Positions 57,301-64,000 of a DNA stretch of 64,000 nucleotides are shown here, piece after piece. The first letter of the stretch is position 1, and every line of letters begins with the position of its first letter. The notes below the pieces were generated by a model. It had not been told where the DNA came from, made no database searches, and was given only the letters and a program-made list of their open reading frames with translations. Source of the DNA: a virus (taxonomy: Duplodnaviria; Heunggongvirae; Uroviricota; Caudoviricetes); the IMG/VR virus record IMGVR_UViG_3300028887_000002, positions 84,278-148,277 of that record; one strand, 5' to 3'. Position numbers and translations under genes: made by a program.

Positions 57301-60300
57301 ACGCACAAAAAGAATTGGTATCGCTCTTTGGTTCCCAACTCTACTATAAACTGAATGAAGGGTTAAGGGAAAACCCGTTTGCCTGTGATGCGGCAAAAGC
57401 ATTTCTATTTCTACATACATTAAAATATGACATTAAAAGCATATACAAGTTAGGGTATGGGGCGGTCTGTGTTGATGGCGTTGATGAACGCCCAATGATA
57501 GTGCCTTATGGTTGTTTGCTATTGGAGGGCGCACTGATATATCGTTACAGATATTGGAACAAAGCAGCAAAAGATTTGTTATCACCAATATATGCTGACG
57601 AAGATGGTGATGAGCCTAGTAATATCACTGCCGATGACGGGTGTGGCTTCTTATTCTATGAAGAAGGTGCATTGACAACCCCATTTATATTTCCAAGAAT
57701 TGCCATTCAGCAGGAAAAATCGAAGCATTTCCTATATAAGAACTTAGCGATATCACAATATTACGACTTATATACACAAAACGAACTCCTGCATAAGTTT
57801 GAAGATTTTGTAAAGGGTGACTGGCAGACGATAAAGAATGCCTTGGAATTAAAGCGTGGCGATGGCCGAGTTCTTTCGGTTGAGGAATTTAATGGTTTTG
57901 CTGCAACGATAAAAACGTTTGTTGACAATAACGACACATCAGATATTTGGCAAGTTCTTAGTGAACACACACCATTTAATTATACTACAAGTGCTGATGA
58001 AAGCCGAGAATGTAAACTCAGTAACTTTGTAGGTAATTATTGGTATATAAAGCCGACGCCAAGCGGAAACTTGCAATTGCGGGTATATGAGGGTAATACA
58101 TTAATCAATGATTTGTTTTATGCCGTCTACCTTTCAAAGATACTTGTTTCTTCAACAGTCGGGTATAATACAGGTACTGTACTCAGTATTGGTAAGAACG
58201 CATTTAATAACTATCTGAATGGTTTCAAGAAGACCATTACGGGCATCTACAATGCAAACTCCGAGGCTGTTACAGAAGAACCGCAACGGGAGAATACCAC
58301 ACAACTGGACAAGAACATTGACCTTAAGGTGACCATATATATGTATATCAAGAACCTTTGGGACAGATGGCTTCTCCATAACAACAATATGGGTGATATA
58401 GTCAAGGACAACCCATATAGCGTAAGGAACTATTTCATCAATTTCATGTTCTGTGATTCGTTCTACCGCAATATGTACAATATGACGGTAAATATGGAAC
58501 ACGCCGCCAATATGATTTCAAACGACCACGTGACAGATGCCCCGAAGTCACTTCATTCATATCTGGGTGATATTGCGTGCGAGAACAAGTGTATATTCCT
58601 TGCTTTGCCAGATACCGTTGACTTGGGTAATCCCGATACTGTCACTGCTATTGCCAATATGAACAGTATGTTTGTACCATATACTTGGAAGGAGAAGAAA
58701 AAGATTCGTCAGGAAAATAAATTCATTGTAATGCACTGCTATACCGACAGCGGTGTAATCGGAAAACAGCAGGAAGCCGCTGGTGAGGGGTTTGATTTAT
58801 ATGCATTTGATGACGGGAAGAATGTGACCTCAGTGGCTAAGGGGGCAACGGAGTTGTTTAAAAATCTGGTAGGCGAGAAGGAGGATGCCTTGCGTAAAGC
58901 GAATAAAAATAATCCCGACGACCCGTTTTACAAACTCAATATGCAGAAGATTAGGTATGGATACAATGTACCTTCTTTCGGTGTGGCATTTAGTAGGCAG
59001 AACAACAGCATCTTCAAGAACATCAACGTCAATATGGACACCCCAATGGTAACGGAGGTCTATTCAAAGACATATGAGGACATAGTGAACAAGGCCAGTG
59101 GCAATACCGCCCACGTTACATTCTACGGACAGGACATATATCCAGTATTCCAAAACTATTCCTACCAGTGCGAGGTGGAAATGATGGGTAATGCGCAGGT
59201 TACGCCGATGATGTATATACAGTTGCTCAACATCCCGTTGTTTAACGGGGCATATATGATAACCTCGGTACAGCACGACATGAAGCCTGGATATATGACG
59301 ACCAAGTTCAAGGCTATAAAGATGTCAAAGAGATGCCCAAGGTATGTTGACAGCGCATATGTTGAAACTGACGGAACATACGGTGGTGTCAGTGGTGGCG
59401 GTAGTGCTGGCGGTGGAACCTATATTGATACAAGTTACGGGTTATCATACGGTTGTAACGGGTTTGATATTACAAAAGCAAAACAAGGTGGTTATAACTA
59501 TAAAGGTAGTAATATGCCAAAAATCGTAAAAGAAATGCACCAATTCAGTGGTTGTTGTGTTGGTGGCGTACATCAAATGTTTAATGGTGGATTAGGAAAG
59601 GCTTGGGTTGATACTACCCCTAATTATGGGTGGGCTGGTTATAGTGCATACATACCTTTTGAAGATTTATTTTTAAAACAAAGTCAACTTTACGAATTAG
59701 TTGCATATGTCGGTGCTGACGGACGTTATCCTAGTGATGCCCCAGATGTTAAAAACAATGATGATAGAAAAAAATGGAACGAATGGTTTTCAAAAACAGA
59801 ATACTATAATAAAGATTGTTGTGTTATGTTTATGACACATGGACAGCATCCTCCAAAAACTGGTGATAAATGGAACAGAGAAAGTCAAAACAATCAACAA
59901 TTAACTAATGAATTATATAACACAAGGGCAGATTTTAATTCAAATAACTTCACTGATAAGACCAGAGAATACGGACATGGTGTTTGGTGGGATGCACAAT
60001 CACATCATTGGGTAAGCGATGTGATACAAACAACAGATGTAGTAACAGGTGGTAAAGGGTTAGCAATATCAGGACCAATATGTTATAGTGATGGCGCAAA
60101 GTACTGGCGTTTATATGCTTTGCGTGATGATTGTAAAGGTGAAGGTAAAATAGAAATTACAAGCAATACTGATGCTACTGCACACGATGCAAGTGAAGAA
60201 CAAAAGAAACGTGGTGAAGAAGTAATGCGCTTGTTACGTAAAAATATACCATCATTAACTCCAGTTCAAGCCGCAGGTATTGCGGGTGTTTGGGGACACG

Positions 60301-60857
60301 AAAGTGGTGGATGGAATCCAGAAGCAAGTGCAACACCTAATAGTTCAGCATTTGGTTTAGCACAATGGGTAAAGATAAGAACGGCTGGTAGTGAAAGTAA
60401 CACTAACGGTGATTTTGTACAGTATCTACAAAGAAAAAAACCAAGTGAATATGAGAATATTAAAAATATGAATATTACACAGGTTCACGATTATTTCAAG
60501 GCAAATTACAATACAATAGAAAAGCAGATTGTTTTTGCCGTTTATGAGATGACCGAAATTCCACAATTCAAACTTAATAGCGGTAACAAATGTAATGTAT
60601 TAGGCAATGAAGCAAACTATAGCACCTCAACTATATACAATACTGGCAACATTTTGTCTGTTAATTATGCACCATATCCCGACAATAAGACTTTTGAAGG
60701 AAACAAGACTGCAATTCACGATGTTATAAGACGTTTTTTGTTGGGTTATGAAATGCAAAATCAGCCACCGAAAGCAGACGAGGTTAAAATGGAATCACGT
60801 CTGGGGTGGGCTAAAATTGCGTTTGAAATAGCAATGGATAAAAATATATGGGCATAA
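54351..60857 (+). CDS. Giant tail/baseplate protein with C-terminal amidase-like and tail-lysozyme domains
   Basis: CEVEMMGNAQ..P..Y..L; GCCVGGV..YGHG..WVSD; AAGIAGVWGHESG..FGLAQW. Confidence 0.75.
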   Translation: MDMTLQEKEEEIKRKFNKLNPVSDKVTLESFRNIGTKTETDESVYVLKFKGVLNEYRSSINYKELDGISLIDATVNEIKSKALSLVNDDEKQQKVKEKKSYLATQAQAIKASVSATEGDKYYEIYEQYNKVINLFNSIDSSHKYVINSIYNQGFKIIIANVIQNIYESNNISEDTLEKIATELKKLWEICKKNNYVVNSDGNANGFPCHVSAYDIEGKSDKKYIEYNKFRSSRLGAEYGTFYYNGEILLNEFNEENEDIKSTKRYFVNLLAPRKGVKPLGDIGFYWLSKDNPDYGTHNDKDVIVDYPERFKTEMGAPFGVEVSKEEYTKALEEIQSLYSFTKIDEKTLFQNISFLIYDDCDFGKNLIDEISNARKTIDEIDNSIASNNEEQKRDFLAEAGMPPTLGDLFKTIMCHLETFTHMVFTCSQTIYNQIKDNERTPDKLHLNLDDTDIINYDIITSNKSVTPVTPFPGIYREQDYSSTNKESLHPLRGQPPDGIKSMSWTGEIDKNLEKKMEETILVESIYNKITSVYESMQESAGEEIPTSYGIMPYPILPTDLNHSLFPAYSIDRIDGLAAYLAFRMSLLHYCKKINSDQYQMGTIGEVDGFNYWETLRSSVGSDSGALNILRNINDKIGGLDKFDETVRQIVTCTSEDDRFKTDGRYIFERYAKTFGIVDTCNDDGTYTEGRELKKSQRILAEGNNRQGISEYQYRYMEDIKDSSLEENNYYHRFKTNKLIPIGMETFDELANIVTPKRNDTGYLTFDIKASNTTPPTQNDVVVCGTPTHNPSDEHIQYEVTNNDMFRVFIDGGDKYGERAIGQIRDSILNTYKDGDVEIGGGNYKQTFNLSNIRESYFNIDDSDFVKYFGDKKLSLYPNTAIQEEITDVADPNCIYFPTDKSSIRIPNGYIQSTRNNGKAKVDAKILYDENIKVVKSKLYKSDGETLVGNENQLSDEYLKLVGDGTADLKTLKLRDFDIYVSINNAQKELVSLFGSQLYYKLNEGLRENPFACDAAKAFLFLHTLKYDIKSIYKLGYGAVCVDGVDERPMIVPYGCLLLEGALIYRYRYWNKAAKDLLSPIYADEDGDEPSNITADDGCGFLFYEEGALTTPFIFPRIAIQQEKSKHFLYKNLAISQYYDLYTQNELLHKFEDFVKGDWQTIKNALELKRGDGRVLSVEEFNGFAATIKTFVDNNDTSDIWQVLSEHTPFNYTTSADESRECKLSNFVGNYWYIKPTPSGNLQLRVYEGNTLINDLFYAVYLSKILVSSTVGYNTGTVLSIGKNAFNNYLNGFKKTITGIYNANSEAVTEEPQRENTTQLDKNIDLKVTIYMYIKNLWDRWLLHNNNMGDIVKDNPYSVRNYFINFMFCDSFYRNMYNMTVNMEHAANMISNDHVTDAPKSLHSYLGDIACENKCIFLALPDTVDLGNPDTVTAIANMNSMFVPYTWKEKKKIRQENKFIVMHCYTDSGVIGKQQEAAGEGFDLYAFDDGKNVTSVAKGATELFKNLVGEKEDALRKANKNNPDDPFYKLNMQKIRYGYNVPSFGVAFSRQNNSIFKNINVNMDTPMVTEVYSKTYEDIVNKASGNTAHVTFYGQDIYPVFQNYSYQCEVEMMGNAQVTPMMYIQLLNIPLFNGAYMITSVQHDMKPGYMTTKFKAIKMSKRCPRYVDSAYVETDGTYGGVSGGGSAGGGTYIDTSYGLSYGCNGFDITKAKQGGYNYKGSNMPKIVKEMHQFSGCCVGGVHQMFNGGLGKAWVDTTPNYGWAGYSAYIPFEDLFLKQSQLYELVAYVGADGRYPSDAPDVKNNDDRKKWNEWFSKTEYYNKDCCVMFMTHGQHPPKTGDKWNRESQNNQQLTNELYNTRADFNSNNFTDKTREYGHGVWWDAQSHHWVSDVIQTTDVVTGGKGLAISGPICYSDGAKYWRLYALRDDCKGEGKIEITSNTDATAHDASEEQKKRGEEVMRLLRKNIPSLTPVQAAGIAGVWGHESGGWNPEASATPNSSAFGLAQWVKIRTAGSESNTNGDFVQYLQRKKPSEYENIKNMNITQVHDYFKANYNTIEKQIVFAVYEMTEIPQFKLNSGNKCNVLGNEANYSTSTIYNTGNILSVNYAPYPDNKTFEGNKTAIHDVIRRFLLGYEMQNQPPKADEVKMESRLGWAKIAFEIAMDKNIWA

Positions 60858-60859
60858 AT

Positions 60860-60890
60860 TTTGCAGTTTAAAACAAATGACGTATCTTTG
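60860..60890 (+). promoter_or_regulatory. Bacteroidota primary-sigma promoter
   Basis: TTTG-N19-TATCTTTG. Confidence 0.7.
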
Positions 60891-60896
60891 CCCCCG

Positions 60897-61517
60897 ATGA
60901 AAACTATAGGTAACATAGTGGGGGCAAAGCCCATAGACTGCAACATTGGTATTATTACCCAGTGTGATACCATTACTGATATACAATCTCTTTCATTACC
61001 GACCTTAATAGTAGGGTTTGAAAATGCAAGGAATACAATACCAGACTTTAACATATTGGACAAGCATCCATATAAGAACTTATGGTGGACTTACAGGAAG
61101 AATGAGAACCGATATGAACACGAAACGGATATAGGTAGTTTCACTGAACTCTGCATAAATAACTCGTTGGAGAATATAGGATACAAATACATAGACCTAA
61201 TAAACTTCAACTGGTGCAGGACAAGGAAGATGTTGAAATATCTTTCAAACAAGAAGAAGGAAAAGATACTACATTATACAAGAGGGCATAACTTTATGTT
61301 CATATATGTACCAACAGACAAAACTGTATATGGTATTTCCCTAACCCTCTGTGAATATCTTGGATATGACAGGGAGAAGGTAATGGCACTTGCAAAAAAA
61401 CTTCCAAATATGACATTAGTAAATGATTATTCCTTTATAATTGGAAAGGTGGGAGAAATTGCCAATGACAGCCAGCATCTTGTACCCGTGATGTTTGATA
61501 TGTGGAGAAGAAAGTGA
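60897..61517 (+). CDS. Hypothetical protein
   Basis: ATG right after the promoter; PTLIVG, WWTY. Confidence 0.75.
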   Translation: MKTIGNIVGAKPIDCNIGIITQCDTITDIQSLSLPTLIVGFENARNTIPDFNILDKHPYKNLWWTYRKNENRYEHETDIGSFTELCINNSLENIGYKYIDLINFNWCRTRKMLKYLSNKKKEKILHYTRGHNFMFIYVPTDKTVYGISLTLCEYLGYDREKVMALAKKLPNMTLVNDYSFIIGKVGEIANDSQHLVPVMFDMWRRK

Positions 61518-61571
61518 CTTTTTTGTTAATTTTTCTTAATCACAACTATTTATAATAAAAATTTTATTGTA

Positions 61572-62048
61572 ATGAGAGAAAAATTAGTAAACGAAAAGCA
61601 TTTTTCGAGGAGCATGAGAAGACAGATGCGCCTTGACGGATATTTCAATGGACTTTTGAATAAGAAGAACAAGGTTGAAGAACCGAAGAAGATAAGCGCT
61701 CCAACACCAACAAAGGAGGAAGCAAAGAAACTTATGGACAGACTTTTCGACACAACCCGTATGGACAGCAAGGTATTGGTTGAAGAGGAAGAAGTAAAGG
61801 TTGAACCAGTTGAAACAATTGAAGTTGCCAATGAGGTTATAAAGGAAGAACCAATCATTGAAACCGTTGTTGAAGTTGCAGAACCAGTGGTTGAAACGGG
61901 TGAAGACGGAATAAATCCAAATCCAGTTAGACCTACTGAGGAAGTTGAGTCAGTTGCAGAAGAAACCGAACCAGATATTGAGGAAAAGCCGAAGAAGAAG
62001 AGAGGTTCAAAGAAGAGCAAGAAGCAGACTTCCGAGACAGAAGAATAA
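61572..62048 (+). CDS. Glu-rich hypothetical protein
   Basis: ACTATTTAT upstream. Confidence 0.8.
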   Translation: MREKLVNEKHFSRSMRRQMRLDGYFNGLLNKKNKVEEPKKISAPTPTKEEAKKLMDRLFDTTRMDSKVLVEEEEVKVEPVETIEVANEVIKEEPIIETVVEVAEPVVETGEDGINPNPVRPTEEVESVAEETEPDIEEKPKKKRGSKKSKKQTSETEE

Positions 62049-62069
62049 TCATACAAAAGCATTTTCATT

Positions 62070-62231
62070 ATGGGAAGCAAGATTAACGACATAAAGAACA
62101 TACTTGACCCGTCAAACGAATCCGTTCCAAGAAAGGTCAAGGTGGAAAAGAAGGACAAGGGACTTTTTGAACGCACAGAATGCAGTACAATGCTTCTGAC
62201 AGAAGATAATAAGGTATTGTTAACTGACTAA
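62070..62231 (+). CDS. 53-aa protein (not in ORF track)
   Basis: MGSKINDIKNILD...KDKGLFERTE...LLTEDNKVLLTD* fills the operon gap. Confidence 0.7.
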   Translation: MGSKINDIKNILDPSNESVPRKVKVEKKDKGLFERTECSTMLLTEDNKVLLTD

Positions 62232-62237
62232 TGCATT

Positions 62238-63071
62238 ATGGATAAGGAACTGGTTAAAAGATATCACCTTGAGGAAGCCTTGAAGCGCTATCAGCAAATA
62301 AACGAATACAGTTTTGTTACCGAACAGGGTGAAGAAGACGAACAACAGCCACCGCAGGATGGTGGAATGCAACCTCCACAACCATCACAGGGTGGACAAG
62401 ACAACATGCAACCCCCGATGCCACAAGACCAGGACGGACAGATGCCTCCGATGGATAACAACGCACCGCAGGGTGATATGGGACAAGGTGGAGACATGAA
62501 TGCCCCAACACCACCAATGGATGACAATGCTGAACCGCCGATAGGTGATGAAGGAATGCCAGCACCCGAAGGCGATATGGGTGGCGATATGCCAGAAGAA
62601 GGTGGAGATATGGGAGACGTTGATACCATGCAACCCGATGACGAGGTGATTGATGTGGACGAACTGACACAGGCGCAGGAGACCAACGAATACAAGATTG
62701 ACGGCGTTGATGAAAAACTTACCGCCCTTCTGAAGATAGTTGACAAGTGGTCGAAGGCTATTGACAACAACACCAGGAAGGTGGAAGACTTGCAACAGGA
62801 ACTTGCTATGCGCAATCCGACCGAAAAGGAACGCCTTAACATAAGGTCACAGCAAAGTATGCCGTTCGGGGAATCCCCAAAGGAATATTGGGAGAAGAAG
62901 ACCAGCGACCCGAACTCCAACTACGAGGTAATGTTCAATAACGACATTGCGCCGAGCCAGGAACAGAAACAATATACCATTACAAAGGGTGACATTGATT
63001 CGATGAATGACAAAGAAGTGATGAAGTCGATGGATTTCCCGAACCTTAAACTAAAAGATTATTTTGAATAA
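62238..63071 (+). CDS. Hypothetical protein with Pro/Gly/Met-rich region and coiled coil
   Basis: 277-aa ORF. Confidence 0.8.
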   Translation: MDKELVKRYHLEEALKRYQQINEYSFVTEQGEEDEQQPPQDGGMQPPQPSQGGQDNMQPPMPQDQDGQMPPMDNNAPQGDMGQGGDMNAPTPPMDDNAEPPIGDEGMPAPEGDMGGDMPEEGGDMGDVDTMQPDDEVIDVDELTQAQETNEYKIDGVDEKLTALLKIVDKWSKAIDNNTRKVEDLQQELAMRNPTEKERLNIRSQQSMPFGESPKEYWEKKTSDPNSNYEVMFNNDIAPSQEQKQYTITKGDIDSMNDKEVMKSMDFPNLKLKDYFE

Positions 63072-63091
63072 TAATAAAAAAGACATTAACT

Positions 63092-63535
63092 ATGAACCCA
63101 AATGAAGAATTTGCATACTATAACAAAATAATGGCTGAAAATCCATATCTTGTACAAGAAATTATTGAAGAGGTCAAGACTATAATTGCCGAGTACGAGA
63201 AGAACAAGGACACCCACCCAGACGGCATACAGCCATATCATTGGACTGCACATCTGTTATCACAGACTGACGGACAGAACACTATGTCGTTATGCTCCGA
63301 CCTCGCACAGACATTAAGCACCTATGTTTTTGAACCTTTCGAGGAAGTTGGTTTGGATAAGCGGACAACCCCACGCTTCATAGCATATGTACTTCAGATG
63401 TACTACGGACGCAAAGGCGGTGCAAGAAGAAAAAATTTGCGTGAGGACAACGTTCGGAGAACAATCGTACTTACTGAATCCGACTTGCACAATATGGTAA
63501 GGATTGCAGTGAAAAAACTGTTAAGACACATTTAA
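63092..63535 (+). CDS. Hypothetical protein
   Basis: C-terminal IVLTESDLHNMV motif. Confidence 0.75.
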   Translation: MNPNEEFAYYNKIMAENPYLVQEIIEEVKTIIAEYEKNKDTHPDGIQPYHWTAHLLSQTDGQNTMSLCSDLAQTLSTYVFEPFEEVGLDKRTTPRFIAYVLQMYYGRKGGARRKNLREDNVRRTIVLTESDLHNMVRIAVKKLLRHI

Positions 63536-63555
63536 GTTCAATGACAATTATAAAG

Positions 63556-63584
63556 AAAAGCACCTTATTTTGAGGTGCTTTTTT
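63556..63584. terminator. Bidirectional terminator
   Basis: aaaagcacct-N-aggtgctttt. Confidence 0.75.
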
Positions 63585-63602
63585 AGTTTTTAGACGTTTC
63601 AA

Positions 63603-64000
63603 TTATTTCACATAGAATCCAAGAGGCGTTCCCCTCTTTGCCTTGATAAGATTCTCAACAAGGTTGGCGTTTTTCTCCATAACAGTATATGGCGACATCC
63701 TTTCAAGTCTTTCATCCAAAGCCTTTAATACATTTTCCTTTTCCTTATTGCCGAGAGACATCAATGACTGGTAGTCCATAGTCAACGGCGAAGAAATCAT
63801 CTGTATAGCACCAGAAAACTTACCTCTTACAAGACTTAATGTTTCGGCAGCCTCAGCAACAAGCAACTGACGAATTGTCTGCTTTGCTGGGTTATTGAAC
63901 AAAGCATAGTCAAGTTTCCCCAGTGGAACCTGGTCGGGAGACAAAAGAGTATCAGGGTTTAACCTGTGACATTCATCAACATCATCAGGCTCATAGTAGG
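63603..64000 (-). CDS. Neck protein (T4 gp13-like), 5'-truncated
   Basis: AAETLSLVRGKFSG..LTMDY; frame runs to the window edge. Confidence 0.6.
   Translation of the reverse strand, partial: YYEPDDVDECHRLNPDTLLSPDQVPLGKLDYALFNNPAKQTIRQLLVAEAAETLSLVRGKFSGAIQMISSPLTMDYQSLMSLGNKEKENVLKALDERLERMSPYTVMEKNANLVENLIKAKRGTPLGFYVK

Noticed and set aside
1-64000. Genome-wide TAG reassignment (code 15)
   Set aside because: ORFs of 1000-2100 aa have no internal TAG, many genes end cleanly in TAG, and no CTA-anticodon tRNA was seen; the in-frame TAG junctions at 7594, 15862 and 17274 are compatible with chance

Overview
This 64-kb window comes from a large T4-like (contractile-tailed) jumbo phage genome. 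The host is most likely Bacteroidota, judged from several exact TTTG-N19/20-TAnnTTTG promoters; the genetic code is standard. Left to right it holds: the 3' end of the portal gene; a 2.5-kb tRNA/ncRNA island; a DUF2828 (TROVE/Ro60-like + vWA) gene; a WYL-domain gene; a fibre/adhesin block; a minus-strand accessory block (two C5 DNA methyltransferases, HAD protein, SNF2-like helicase); the neck-sheath-tube-baseplate hub-tape measure-baseplate operon; and the 3' end of a gp13-like neck gene. The best candidate for an undescribed system is 1179-4926. There the DUF2828 gene is followed by a host-type promoter, a boxA-like antiterminator and three related small RNAs (GGAA-stem / ACAGCAAA / stem-TTCTG, with compensatory stem changes), one carrying a tRNA-Asn-type anticodon arm. 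Next come about ten tRNAs, several non-canonical (Asp-AUC, an AAA-anticodon tRNA with a 6-bp stem, a Met tRNA with a long variable loop), further RNAs containing isolated D-loop or T-arm motifs, and an apparent orphan TnpB 3'-end/omega-RNA remnant. All protein calls rest on motifs recognised by eye; no searches were run.
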